Below are positions 26,707 to 36,349 of a DNA stretch of 64,000 nt, piece by piece. The stretch comes from a virus. A program made the translations under genes and the position numbers. Numbering within the stretch: the stretch's first letter is position 1; every line of letters starts with the position of its first letter. The notes under the pieces are model-generated. The model was not told the origin of the DNA. It saw only the letters and a program-made list of their open reading frames with translations, and made no database searches. The stretch spans positions 60,942-124,941 of the IMG/VR virus record IMGVR_UViG_3300022752_000026; one strand, 5' to 3'.

Positions 26707-27042
26707 CTATATTTCTATCAAAGTAATTTCTAGTGGTTCTTCTACAAAATCCCCATAACGAGTTTCTCCGTCTGGACTACAAACAATATATAGATGTTCA
26801 CCTTCAAGAAGACCACAGTGCGTATACTCAACTACGGAATCCTCTAACAACTTAAATCCATGACCTAAGGAAAAAGCAACTCCGTCACGTTGGAGTGCAG
26901 AAGCAAGAGCCCTGCGAACTATTTCATTGGTAGTATCTACTGAATCAAAAGTATAATAGATTACGGGGTCTTGTTTGATGGGATTGTATTCATAGCCATC
27001 CCACTCCATCCAGAGGCTTTCTCCAGGTCTTTTGTCTTTCAC
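26707..27042 (-). CDS. Hypothetical protein
   Basis: ORF in operon context, GTG start. Confidence 0.65.
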   Translation of the reverse strand: MKDKRPGESLWMEWDGYEYNPIKQDPVIYYTFDSVDTTNEIVRRALASALQRDGVAFSLGHGFKLLEDSVVEYTHCGLLEGEHLYIVCSPDGETRYGDFVEEPLEITLIEI

Positions 27043-27059
27043 TTTTTCTACCTAACTAC

Positions 27060-27359
27060 TTATTCTTCGTCAAGCATACTAAAGTCAAACTCAAATCTGT
27101 TGTAGGAATTGCTATCTTCCCCAATAAAATATACCTTGGTAGGGTCAAGCATTTCATAGATGCCAGCAATAGTTATTTGTCCACACATACAGCAAACATC
27201 AACATTACCTAGAGTAATGTGTTCTGGAGTATCTACGCCGACTAACTTCATTGTTATGTTGCCGCCCTCGTCCATACTCTGAGGTTCCCAGTTTGTATGG
27301 TTTTCAAGCCAGCACTGCTCACAAAGTGCTAGTGGTCGCAATGCATGTTCTGCTGCCAT
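27060..27359 (-). CDS. Small putative zinc-finger protein
   Basis: CEQC ... CCMCG; TAAAAT 6 nt before ATG (leaderless). Confidence 0.6.
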   Translation of the reverse strand: MAAEHALRPLALCEQCWLENHTNWEPQSMDEGGNITMKLVGVDTPEHITLGNVDVCCMCGQITIAGIYEMLDPTKVYFIGEDSNSYNRFEFDFSMLDEE

Positions 27360-27381
27360 AGGACAATTTTAGTCCCAATAC

Positions 27382-27666
27382 TTATCGTAGAGTCTTCAAT
27401 TCGCCATCAATAACTATGTTTCTTTGGCGTCTTATGTTTCTTCTTTGCTGAGGCGTTGTGCCTCCCCAGATGCCGAATAATTCGTGGCTTATTGCCCATT
27501 CAGCACACTCAGCAATATGCTCGCAAAGTGAGCAAACTTTTATTGCTGACCTATAGTCTTCTCGTGATGTCTCTTTGTTATTTACTTTCTCAGAATCTTC
27601 AAAAAATGTCTCTACACCAATCTGAGAACATAGTGGATTTTCAAAACTCCATGGCTCATTAGCCAT
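27382..27666 (-). CDS. whiB: WhiB-family transcription factor
   Basis: PLCSQIG.ETFF....AIKVCSLCEHIAECAEWAI...FGIWGGTTPQQR. Confidence 0.9.
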   Translation of the reverse strand: MANEPWSFENPLCSQIGVETFFEDSEKVNNKETSREDYRSAIKVCSLCEHIAECAEWAISHELFGIWGGTTPQQRRNIRRQRNIVIDGELKTLR

Positions 27667-27690
27667 ACCTTCCTCTTTCTATGCAGTTAG

Positions 27691-28020
27691 TTATTGCTGT
27701 TGTTGGGTTTTATGACTTTCTATTAAACCAACTTCATAACCGCAGCCGGCATAGCCAGCAATATCTACCCATGTATCTGGTTGGTAGCCAGACTTTGAAG
27801 CATAACGAGCAACCTTCAAGCCCACCATCATCATTGCGACGTCTTCATTACTGATAGGGACTCCAAGGATTACAGACCAAATCTGTGCTGTTCTTTCAAA
27901 GTTATCTTCGGGAGCACCATACTGTTTATTTCTATCGCCAGAAATAATTTTTGCTGCTTCCCGAAGGGCTTCAACACGAATAGGGGTTTCTTGTGTTTGC
28001 GGTGTTTGGTTAGTATCCAT
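27691..28020 (-). CDS. DUF6378-like phage protein
   Basis: L.EA..II.GDR...YG.PEDNF...A.IWS....DVAMMM..LKVAR.....D.WVDIAGYA. Confidence 0.75.
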   Translation of the reverse strand: MDTNQTPQTQETPIRVEALREAAKIISGDRNKQYGAPEDNFERTAQIWSVILGVPISNEDVAMMMVGLKVARYASKSGYQPDTWVDIAGYAGCGYEVGLIESHKTQQQQ

Positions 28021-28222
28021 TTTTTACCTTTGCTATCACCTGAGCAGTGTAGGTAGAAGAACTCTGCTCGTCAATACCTTTTTCAATAAAAATTTCATAA
28101 TTTACTTTTTTACCAATGTCTTCAGTTGTGTCAAGATATTTTGAAAGTTCTTCTTCAGTTTTTGAAACCACATCTGAATGATTTGAACCACTTACAAAGA
28201 ACTTTATAGTTGTTGTGTTCAT
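28010..28222 (-). CDS. Hypothetical protein
   Basis: Overlapping, coupled ORF in operon. Confidence 0.6.
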   Translation of the reverse strand: MNTTTIKFFVSGSNHSDVVSKTEEELSKYLDTTEDIGKKVNYEIFIEKGIDEQSSSTYTAQVIAKVKNGY

Positions 28223-28644
28223 ACTAACTTTTCCAAGTTTTCTGGTCTGAAGTGGACTCCATCTAAAAGAGGAGTTCTTCCATCATCACTTTTTACAACA
28301 ATATCTCCATACCGAACACCAACAATTTTTCCACGACGCCCGTTGAGATGATACTTCCCACTTGCCTCGTCAAAAGCATCAAATTTAACTCTGACTATGT
28401 CGGCTACTTTGACATCACCAGCCTGTGCTGGAACCCAAGTTTCATTCTTATCTTCTTTTACTAAAGCATGACCTAGAGCCAACTTAGAAAACAGTTCTAC
28501 TACTTCTTTTGATATATCGGTCTTAGGTGGCTTTTTTACATTTTTCCATGCATCTAATAACTCAAGGACAGCGTCCCCGGTCATTTTTCTTGTTTTATTT
28601 TGAGTAAGTTGTTCTTTTACCCAATCCATATTTAACTCTGACAT
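28219..28644 (-). CDS. Hypothetical protein with C-terminal KOW/SH3-like barrel
   Basis: VKVADIVRV...NGRRGKIVGVRYGDIVV; AAGGAG RBS. Confidence 0.6.
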   Translation of the reverse strand: MSELNMDWVKEQLTQNKTRKMTGDAVLELLDAWKNVKKPPKTDISKEVVELFSKLALGHALVKEDKNETWVPAQAGDVKVADIVRVKFDAFDEASGKYHLNGRRGKIVGVRYGDIVVKSDDGRTPLLDGVHFRPENLEKLV

Positions 28645-28662
28645 ATATCTCCTTATTAGTTT

Positions 28663-28693
28663 TTGGTTGCCGCCCTTGCGGACGGCAACCCAA
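28663..28693 (-). terminator. Strong hairpin after SSB gene (terminator or RNA-stability element)
   Basis: Minus strand ggttgccgtcc-gcaa-gggcggcaacc with GNRA loop; no U-tract in the sense direction. Confidence 0.6.
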
Positions 28694-28710
28694 ACTTTTT
28701 CTAACTTAGA

Positions 28711-29247
28711 TTAGAACGGTGCTGCTGGAGCAGAAGCAACTGCTTGTGGTGCTGGAGCAGGTGCTGGAGCAGGAGCAGGAGCAGGTGCTGGAGCAGCGGC
28801 AGCAGGTGCTGCTGGAGTTGTAGCCGCCGCTGCTGCTAGAGCAGCATAGCGACGAATCTCGTTGCGCTTGTTGCCGTTATAGACACGGCTTCCCACAGTT
28901 CCACGGAACTTGCGACCAACTAAAACCTGCTCAATCTGAGCATTGGTTGGTGCAGGAACCTGTGTAAAGAACTGCTGTGTGATTCCCATAGCGTGCATCT
29001 TTCCAAAGAAAATTGAAAGTGCATTTTTATTTTCTGGAGAGACAGTTAGGTTGTCCCATACAAAACGCTTGTTGTAGGCGCCGCCTTCAACTTGTGTCTT
29101 GATAGAGAACATTGTCTTTCCAGTTGCTGTGACTTTTGCTGTTGCTTCAATAACAGTTAGGTCATATTCGCCATCTGGTAGTGGCTCGTAACTGCTGCTG
29201 ATTTCACCAGCATCTTTGATTAGGTCGCCCCAATTGAGTGTAGACAC
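28711..29247 (-). CDS. Single-stranded DNA-binding protein (DUF669-like)
   Basis: YEPLPDGEY.....G....VWDNL...NEIRRY, Pro/Ala linker and C-terminal PF. Confidence 0.8.
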   Translation of the reverse strand: MSTLNWGDLIKDAGEISSSYEPLPDGEYDLTVIEATAKVTATGKTMFSIKTQVEGGAYNKRFVWDNLTVSPENKNALSIFFGKMHAMGITQQFFTQVPAPTNAQIEQVLVGRKFRGTVGSRVYNGNKRNEIRRYAALAAAAATTPAAPAAAAPAPAPAPAPAPAPAPQAVASAPAAPF

Positions 29248-30017
29248 TATTCGCTCGCTTTCGTTTCAGTAGTTTGTCGTGGTCCAAACACTTGGTCAAG
29301 CATCTTTTCCAAGTGAAGGGTTTCTTGCTCAATGACTTTGCCTAGTCGTCCTTGAACTCGTTCTCCAGCCTCATAGTTATTAGTTCTCTCCACATACATG
29401 CGGCGAGTCTTAAGATTTGGCTGGGTTGGGTCTGGATTCATTCTTTCCTCAACGGTAAGAGCGCCCAGAATGTCGTAGAAGTATGGTGCTTGAATTGCCA
29501 ACTGACCCTGCAAGTAAGGACGGTATCTTCCATCACGGTCCTGCTTAGCCATAGCAGTAAGAACCACTGCCTCTAACGGATTTGTAGCGTGCATTGTTAG
29601 GTCACGAAGGTCACGCAATAGCGCACCCATGTGACGCAACAACTCGCCCCACTGCTGTTGTGTCATCTGATTGACACCAGCAATGTTTTCCAAGCATTTA
29701 ACTTGGAGTTCTGATACAGAGTCAATAATTAGACTCTTGAAGTGGTGCTTACCTAACTGCAACCACTGATATGTTTTGAGAACAGTGTCGTAATCACGAA
29801 CTGTGACTACGCATGTGTCCCATGTCCCGTCAGCCAAAGGCGGCTCCTCACGCAACGGGTCCCAATACTTAACAATGATAGGCAAGAAACGATGTCCGCC
29901 TTCAACGTCAAGCATTAGGCGAGGATATGGCGCTGTGACAGCAAAACTGGATTTACCAACTTTACTCTCTCCATACACCATGACTGTAAGTGAGCGTTGT
30001 ATTTGGCTCATTGTCAC
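29247..30017 (-). CDS. Sak4-like AAA ATPase / ssDNA-annealing recombinase (AAA_24)
   Basis: Walker A YGESKVGKS, LDVEGG, Walker B IIDSVSE; adjacent to SSB and exonuclease. Confidence 0.85.
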   Translation of the reverse strand: MTMSQIQRSLTVMVYGESKVGKSSFAVTAPYPRLMLDVEGGHRFLPIIVKYWDPLREEPPLADGTWDTCVVTVRDYDTVLKTYQWLQLGKHHFKSLIIDSVSELQVKCLENIAGVNQMTQQQWGELLRHMGALLRDLRDLTMHATNPLEAVVLTAMAKQDRDGRYRPYLQGQLAIQAPYFYDILGALTVEERMNPDPTQPNLKTRRMYVERTNNYEAGERVQGRLGKVIEQETLHLEKMLDQVFGPRQTTETKASE

Positions 30018-30955
30018 TCGCTTCCTTTTTTCTCTGTTTCATAGTATGCATAAGGGTCTGCTTCCTTATACAAATCGCTAATTACCTCTTCAACGGCTTC
30101 ACCGTTGTCAAACATCGGGCAAATAGCGAAAAATTGGCATTTCCATTTGCAGTCACGAGTTGTTGGTCGTGGATACGCAACAAAATGATGAGGCTCTCCA
30201 GCATCAAGAGCAGTTCTTGTTCGCATCATGTCTGACAGAACTCCATGAATTCTTAGCCAGAAATTTCTAAGCGCAAACGTATTATGACGAACTTCAATCT
30301 GTTTGTAGTATGGAGGCTTAGAAGCAGCAGTGCGCTTTACCTTCTTTAGCATTGTAAAAATGCCACCTTCGGTGCGTTGTTCTTCTTCACCATGCTTGAG
30401 TTTTTCTAAAATCATATATGTAAGAATTTGTTCATTCATATTTGCTGTTCCAGCAAACTCATCTAGAGAGCCACCTACGGTTTTGAAGTCACGGAATAGT
30501 TTGACGCCATCCGCCTTGCGACGAACACGCATATCAATCTTTCCTTGTAGTTCAACCTCTCCGTTGAACATTGGCACGACAATCTTTTCTTCCGTTGAGA
30601 CCATTTCAAGTTCTGCGTCTAAACCTTCTTCAGCAACCCATTGCTCGTATCCCTCAAGCATGATGCGACCCATCTCTGCCTCTGATTCCAAGTTTGAGGT
30701 ATCTTCAAAGTTTTCTAATAGAATTTTTTTGTCAGCATCTACTAACTCGGCGTGTGCTTGAAGCAGCGGAACGTTTTGAGAATAGTGAGTATCTAAGGCT
30801 GCGTGAATGCGACTACCAAATGCGAGCGCACCAGTAAATTCTTGAAACTTAGGCTGTAGACCGCGGTAGTAAGTAAGCCACCAACGTCTACGGCAATCTT
30901 TGAAAGTTTGTATCTCTGAGTTGGAGATACGAACTACTTTGTCATTTTCTGTCAT
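30014..30955 (-). CDS. PD-(D/E)XK (Cas4/RecB-like) exonuclease
   Basis: S.SEI.TF..C.R.W, GS.IH, GKID...DFKT, C-terminal C...C.F..IC. Confidence 0.85.
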   Translation of the reverse strand: MTENDKVVRISNSEIQTFKDCRRRWWLTYYRGLQPKFQEFTGALAFGSRIHAALDTHYSQNVPLLQAHAELVDADKKILLENFEDTSNLESEAEMGRIMLEGYEQWVAEEGLDAELEMVSTEEKIVVPMFNGEVELQGKIDMRVRRKADGVKLFRDFKTVGGSLDEFAGTANMNEQILTYMILEKLKHGEEEQRTEGGIFTMLKKVKRTAASKPPYYKQIEVRHNTFALRNFWLRIHGVLSDMMRTRTALDAGEPHHFVAYPRPTTRDCKWKCQFFAICPMFDNGEAVEEVISDLYKEADPYAYYETEKKGSE

Positions 30956-32754
30956 AGTTTTCCACTCTTATCATCTTGTAGTAGTCGCAATAGTTGGTCC
31001 TTATCACGAACAATCTGTTCAAAGTTATCAGCCTTTGTCTCAAGAACGTGGATGACACGCTCTTCAATAGTGCCTTCCGTGACATAATCAGTGATAACAA
31101 TTGAGTCGTGAATCTCGCTTCCAATGCGGTGAACTCGGTCTAATACTTGCTTGTAATCAACTAATGACCAAGGTCGCTGAAGCATAACTAGACGGCGAGC
31201 CGTCGTCAAGGTAATACCGACTCCACCTGCCTGTGCCGTAAAAAGAACCCACTTAGTGACACCAGATTGAAAATCATCAATTGCTTGCTGACGCTCATCT
31301 TCGTCTTGGTCGCCAGTAATTAGTCCATGTGGTATTTTCTTCTTAGTCATCTCAGCGCTTAGAAGATTGATAAGTTGTTTGGAGACAGCGCTTACAGCAA
31401 CTGAATCATCTCCAAAGTCTCCGTTTTCAATGTCTTCCATCAATGCTTCTACCTTACAAGAAGGCATGTCTAAAATAGCCTTTGTTTCTCCAGTAAGTTC
31501 ATCTACTTCTAAAGTAGCACTAGCACTAGCAAACTGTAAAAGACGTATGGTCTGAGTCAAAATACTTGGAGCAGAGAGAATGTCTCCAGAAGAGAGTTCT
31601 GCAATCATGTTGTCACGCATTTGCGCATAAGCCTTGGCTTGTTTTGTAGACATCTCAACATCTCGGCGCTCATTCATTACTGGCGGTAGATGAGGCAAAA
31701 CAACTTTTTTTAACATACGACGCATATATGGATTTACGCTCTTATAGAACTCATCAGTCATTGTTGGTTTGACGCCAAGAACCATCATTCCACCAAAGGC
31801 ATTGAGCATGACATCAATCATTCGGTCAATCCACTTGGTCTTTGAAGGCCAGTCTTTTGGAGACAACCAGTGAAGTATTGCCCATAGGTCAACTACATTG
31901 TTTGCAATTGGAGTTCCAGTAAGTGCAAAACGGATTTCAGCATTGCCACTAGCAGACCACAAAGCGCGACTTTGTTTGCTCTTTGGGTCTTTTGAGCGAT
32001 GAATTTCATCAGCAATTACAGCCTTAAAATCTATATTGTTGAGTTCTCTAAGATGAACCTCGCAACGGCTTTCACTAATTTTTTCATCTTGTCCGCCGCA
32101 AGCCTTGCATCTAGTTAGTGCAATAGAGCCATAGGAAACGAGTCTTGAGTGAGAGCGAAGGGATTCCCAGTTGATAATAAAAACTTGGGCTGGTTCTTCA
32201 AATTGCTTTTTACGCTGAGCAGCAGAGCCTTTGATTATTTGAGTGACTACAGAATCAGGCCACCATTTTTGGAACTCTCTGGCCCAGTTCTTTTTCAAGG
32301 TGTTAGGACAAACTACAAGAATAGGAAAAACATCTTCACCTTTATCGTGAAGAGCCTTTAGAGCCCTAATAGCCTGAGCGGTCTTTCCTAGTCCTGGTTC
32401 ATCGGCTAGAAGCGCTCGTTTGGCTGTGCTTAGGAAGGCTACTCCAGCCCTTTGATGAGGGAATAGGGCTTCATCACCTTCATAGGTATCTAACTCTCTT
32501 AGAGCCAGCGCAGGATTGATTCTTGTGTTGATATGGTCTGCTGCCCACTCAGCAAGTTTGGGTTGAATCTCTAGTTGGTCTTTGAATGTAGACCGTAGGG
32601 CTAAACATGTTGTCCAACTTAGTGGAACCCTCCAGACACCCTCAGAAACGTTCCAGGAGGCCCCTGGAAGGCTTTTACAGAGTTCTTTTAGCCTCCAGTC
32701 AGCACTTATTACTATATGTTCGCCTGAGGCATCTATGTCCACTGAAACTGGCAC
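30952..32754 (-). CDS. SNF2-family helicase
   Basis: LADEPGLGKT, DEIH, LTGTP, GGVGITLT, Q..DRVHRIG. Confidence 0.92.
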   Translation of the reverse strand: MPVSVDIDASGEHIVISADWRLKELCKSLPGASWNVSEGVWRVPLSWTTCLALRSTFKDQLEIQPKLAEWAADHINTRINPALALRELDTYEGDEALFPHQRAGVAFLSTAKRALLADEPGLGKTAQAIRALKALHDKGEDVFPILVVCPNTLKKNWAREFQKWWPDSVVTQIIKGSAAQRKKQFEEPAQVFIINWESLRSHSRLVSYGSIALTRCKACGGQDEKISESRCEVHLRELNNIDFKAVIADEIHRSKDPKSKQSRALWSASGNAEIRFALTGTPIANNVVDLWAILHWLSPKDWPSKTKWIDRMIDVMLNAFGGMMVLGVKPTMTDEFYKSVNPYMRRMLKKVVLPHLPPVMNERRDVEMSTKQAKAYAQMRDNMIAELSSGDILSAPSILTQTIRLLQFASASATLEVDELTGETKAILDMPSCKVEALMEDIENGDFGDDSVAVSAVSKQLINLLSAEMTKKKIPHGLITGDQDEDERQQAIDDFQSGVTKWVLFTAQAGGVGITLTTARRLVMLQRPWSLVDYKQVLDRVHRIGSEIHDSIVITDYVTEGTIEERVIHVLETKADNFEQIVRDKDQLLRLLQDDKSGKL

Positions 32755-32822
32755 TAGTGGTTCCTTTCGTCACTAAGAAAAAAATTTTTTATTGCGGCTT
32801 GAAATATTTTTTCTTCTATTTG

Positions 32823-33290
32823 TTAGTCTAGCAGGATTTTTGGTTTCCAACCAACTCTAGTCATTTTGAGTAGGGCGTGTCGGGCAGCATCTAGGGCGTG
32901 ACCCCCACCCCCCACATGCCACACCCCTATCTTCTTTAGGGCTGGGTTTGGAAACATTGATTTAGCGTCTACAGGGGCTTGAAAGGATATTTCTGCTGGG
33001 TTATACCCATTTACCCTACATAGATGCTTGAGGACACCAATCTGTTCAAGACTATAAGGAGCCTGAGAGTTTCTAACAGTTTGAGCGTTTATTATAAATC
33101 TTTCGCAAACTACATAAAAACTACCATACGACTGTTTGTTTGCCAATATTGGTTCTATAGATGAAGCAAATGACTCTTGGTCTGCTTCAGCAGAAATTAC
33201 TTTTGTTGGTAGTTGTTCTTGATTTTGGTCCCACTCAATAAAAACAATTCCAGTAGTTTGTCCTGGGTCAACCGCTAATACACCAATCAT
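32823..33290 (-). CDS. RuvC-like Holliday junction resolvase
   Basis: LAVDPG..TG, VVCERF, H..DAARH. Confidence 0.75.
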   Translation of the reverse strand: MIGVLAVDPGQTTGIVFIEWDQNQEQLPTKVISAEADQESFASSIEPILANKQSYGSFYVVCERFIINAQTVRNSQAPYSLEQIGVLKHLCRVNGYNPAEISFQAPVDAKSMFPNPALKKIGVWHVGGGGHALDAARHALLKMTRVGWKPKILLD

Positions 33291-35110
33291 CAGTATTTAT
33301 CTCCCCAAGTCTCTAGTGGACCATCAACATCCGCTGTAAGTGGGACAGCCCAGCCTTCTTCGGTTGTCATACATTGCTGAACAATTCTTTTTATTTCTTC
33401 AGCATCTTCTCGTGGTGCTTGTAAAACAATTTCATCGTGGACAGGAACAATCAATAGTTCAGTCAAGTCTGCTTGGTCCAGTTTTACAAGGTTACTTTTG
33501 AAGACCTCTGCCGCCCCACCTTGAATCAAATAATTTACAAGAGTGTAGACACGACCTTGGTCGCAAGGGATTCTTCTTCCAGTCCAAGTATGAACAAATC
33601 CTTGACCAGTATCGCGCTCTCGCATCATTCCAACATGTTCAATTTCTTTTTGGAAACGAATCATTCCTGGATAGCGAATATCAAATGCGTCTGATACCGA
33701 GCGCATTTGCTCCTCAGCAACTCCAGCAGTAATTGCTTGTTTAGCAACACCTGCTCCGTAAAGACGACCATAAACCATTCCTTTGATAAGAGTTCTGCGC
33801 TTATCAGACTTTTGCATATCTGGTTCTTGATAAACCTCACGTCCAATTTCAGTGAACGGGTCAGAACCAATTTGGTCAGCACGATTGAATAGTCGTATCA
33901 AGTTCGGGTCTTGCGACAAAGACGCAAACATACGGAACTCAACTTGGTCAAGGTCAGATGTAATGATGACATGCTTGTCATCTCTAGGAATAAATGCTCG
34001 GCGCACAGTTTCGTCTCCCTTAGGAAGAGTCTGTAGCGCTGGGTCAGTAATTGACATACGCGATGTCCGTGCGCCGAGCGTTTTGACGGATGGATGAAGA
34101 ACCCCATCAATATTTTTATCAATGAAGTTCAAAAAATAAGTATTAGCAAGTTTTTCCGCTTTGCGTAACTGAACAACTGTTTCAGCAAGATTTTTTACTT
34201 CAGCATTACCATCTCTAATAAGAAGTTTTAGTTGGTCTTTTGTGCACGCCTTTTGCCCACTTGGGGTGAGTTCAGTAATCTCTCCACCCAACTTTTCAAA
34301 GAGACGGACAAGTTGAATATTGCTTGTAAGGCTTGTTCCAGAGTAGGTATTAGCACCCCACTCTTTAACACTTGTTGTGTAATCAATTAGTTCTTGATAT
34401 TTCTTGCGTGAGTAATCAACATCAATGCGAGCGCCATTGATTTCCATACGAGTGACAATTTTGCGGGTTGCCATTTCAAGTTCATATGCCTTGTGATATG
34501 GCTTTCCAGGGCCGCACTTTTCATAAAATTTTTCCCAAAGACGCATAGTTAGGATTGGGTCAAGCGCACCGTAAGCCCAATAAGGCTCAAAGTTGATGGG
34601 AACAGTTCCCCAAGTCCAACCATTTTCAACTAAACCTTCATCTAGTTTTTGTTGAAGATATGCGCCTCTTGGGTCAATAATATTTTCTGCTAATACTTTC
34701 AAAGCACCTGGACCAAGTGGGTCAATCAGATGAGCCATAATCATTGTGTCGTGAGCACGGTGCCAAGGAATTTCCCAACGAGATTTGATTGCAAACCATC
34801 GTGCTTCAAACGCTATGTTGTGACAAACAAGTGGGCCATCAAACTTATCCATTGCTTCATAAAAAACTCCAGACCATTCGTTCCAAGGAATTGCCCAACC
34901 CTTTTGAGAATCACCAACTTGAACAAGTCTTAAATCTCCATGCCAAGGAGATAAAGCATCACTTCGTGGTCTTCCTGGTCGTTCACCAGTTTCAGTATCA
35001 ATAGCAATCGCGTTGTAAGGACGACGCTCACCGAGCCAATGAATAAAATCCGAGGCTTTTTCTGCGCTATTAACTAGCGTTACTTCTATTCCTTCTAATC
35101 CTTGCGTCAT
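33290..35110 (-). CDS. polA: Family A DNA polymerase with 3'-5' exonuclease domain
   Basis: Exo DTET, HNIAFE, YGALD; polymerase motif A DLDQVEFR, motif B KGMVYGRLYG, motif C VHDE. Confidence 0.95.
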   Translation of the reverse strand: MTQGLEGIEVTLVNSAEKASDFIHWLGERRPYNAIAIDTETGERPGRPRSDALSPWHGDLRLVQVGDSQKGWAIPWNEWSGVFYEAMDKFDGPLVCHNIAFEARWFAIKSRWEIPWHRAHDTMIMAHLIDPLGPGALKVLAENIIDPRGAYLQQKLDEGLVENGWTWGTVPINFEPYWAYGALDPILTMRLWEKFYEKCGPGKPYHKAYELEMATRKIVTRMEINGARIDVDYSRKKYQELIDYTTSVKEWGANTYSGTSLTSNIQLVRLFEKLGGEITELTPSGQKACTKDQLKLLIRDGNAEVKNLAETVVQLRKAEKLANTYFLNFIDKNIDGVLHPSVKTLGARTSRMSITDPALQTLPKGDETVRRAFIPRDDKHVIITSDLDQVEFRMFASLSQDPNLIRLFNRADQIGSDPFTEIGREVYQEPDMQKSDKRRTLIKGMVYGRLYGAGVAKQAITAGVAEEQMRSVSDAFDIRYPGMIRFQKEIEHVGMMRERDTGQGFVHTWTGRRIPCDQGRVYTLVNYLIQGGAAEVFKSNLVKLDQADLTELLIVPVHDEIVLQAPREDAEEIKRIVQQCMTTEEGWAVPLTADVDGPLETWGDKY

Positions 35111-35140
35111 TTGTCCTTCTTACTAGCAGTTGTAGGAATC

Positions 35141-35611
35141 TTACGGAATCATCTCTATTCTGTAAATACTATCCACTCTTTCATCATTTTCTGCTGCCTC
35201 TTCAAGCAACCTTTGTGCTACATTAGTTAGGTAGCGAGCACCATTTTGGTCATACTTATATAGAGCATCTAAGACTGGTTTAGGGTCTTCACTTACTTGC
35301 GCCCAGTAACGATATTTTTCTGGAAAAACAAATGGAAGGTTTTTAGTAGGTCTACATTCTTCACACGGTAGAGCATCACGGTCTAATTCTTTAGGATTTG
35401 CTTCTACTAATCCGTAACGAGTTATAAGAGGACAAGCAGCACCATGAAAAACTAAAGATACTCCAATTCGTGACAAAACATAAGAGCCGTTTTCTGTCCT
35501 ATAAAGGGCAAATTCAATCCACCGAGTTGAACCCCTACGCCAAGAAGAAGAGTCGGCAAGTAAACGTCCTTTGAACTGTAGGGTTCTAGAGCCGTCTTTT
35601 ACCTCAAACAT
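35141..35611 (-). CDS. Conserved-looking hypothetical protein (possible Zn site)
   Basis: RW.EF.LYRT..G.YV; H-x3-C...CEEC. Confidence 0.65.
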   Translation of the reverse strand: MFEVKDGSRTLQFKGRLLADSSSWRRGSTRWIEFALYRTENGSYVLSRIGVSLVFHGAACPLITRYGLVEANPKELDRDALPCEECRPTKNLPFVFPEKYRYWAQVSEDPKPVLDALYKYDQNGARYLTNVAQRLLEEAAENDERVDSIYRIEMIP

Positions 35612-35612
35612 T

Positions 35613-35864
35613 TTAGTCTTTCTTCTTCCTTGCGTCGGCAGGATTAAATTTTGTCATACGTTGGAGAGGCTTATTTGCTGCTTCATCGTCTGACGTATCT
35701 GGTATCTGGTCAGCAAGAACCTTTGATATGTGGTCAAACTCTTCTTTTAATTTAGTGTAATTAGCCCTAATGATAGCAATTTCTGTCTCATAGGCAGAGA
35801 CCAGTTCCCCGATTCTCTGCCTTAGAGCAGTAATAACTAAATCTTTTTCGTTAGATTCAGTCAT
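35613..35864 (-). CDS. Small coiled-coil protein
   Basis: ALRQRIGELVSAYE.EIA..RA heptads. Confidence 0.6.
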   Translation of the reverse strand: MTESNEKDLVITALRQRIGELVSAYETEIAIIRANYTKLKEEFDHISKVLADQIPDTSDDEAANKPLQRMTKFNPADARKKKD

Positions 35865-35868
35865 AAAA

Positions 35869-36093
35869 TTACTCAGAAACGAGTAGCGACTTCAGTTCAG
35901 CAATTTTTGACTGACCATCAGAGATTTCTTGCTCTAATTGAGTAAGAAGTTGTTGGTCTTTGTTTGTTGCTGTATTAGCAATAACCTTTTGAATCTCAAG
36001 GTTATAGAGGTTATATTCAACGCTGCGAATATGGTTAATAACAATGTTGTTTTTGTCAGCATCGTTGAGGTATTCGTATTCTATGTTAGCCAT
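35869..36093 (-). CDS. Small helical hypothetical protein
   Basis: AAGGAG RBS; helical-hairpin pattern. Confidence 0.6.
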   Translation of the reverse strand: MANIEYEYLNDADKNNIVINHIRSVEYNLYNLEIQKVIANTATNKDQQLLTQLEQEISDGQSKIAELKSLLVSE

Positions 36094-36138
36094 CGTTTTC
36101 TCCTTATGTCTGGGTTATCTATGATAGCAGTTTGCTAT

Positions 36139-36348
36139 CTATAGAGTTTCTTCTTCAGTAAGTGTCGCAATCATATTTTCAATGATTACTTTTTTCTCTC
36201 TAAATTCGGCGAGAACCTCGGCTCTCGTGGGCTTCCCTTCTACATCAGCATCGGGGTCTAAAGCAATGTCTGTCTCTAGTGCGGAAGTATGAAGAATTAT
36301 AGAAGTTAAATTTGCATTTAGAATTTCTAGTTTTTGATTAGTATTCAT
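36139..36348 (-). CDS. Small hypothetical protein after tail protein (start moved to ATG 36348)
   Basis: MNTNQKLEIL...; ATG lies just after the upstream TAG. Confidence 0.55.
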   Translation of the reverse strand: MNTNQKLEILNANLTSIILHTSALETDIALDPDADVEGKPTRAEVLAEFREKKVIIENMIATLTEEETL

Positions 36349-36349
36349 G

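Noticed and set aside
30014-30955. Cas4-like nuclease as evidence of CRISPR-Cas
   Set aside because: Standalone phage exonuclease in a Sak4/SSB recombination module; no other cas genes or array
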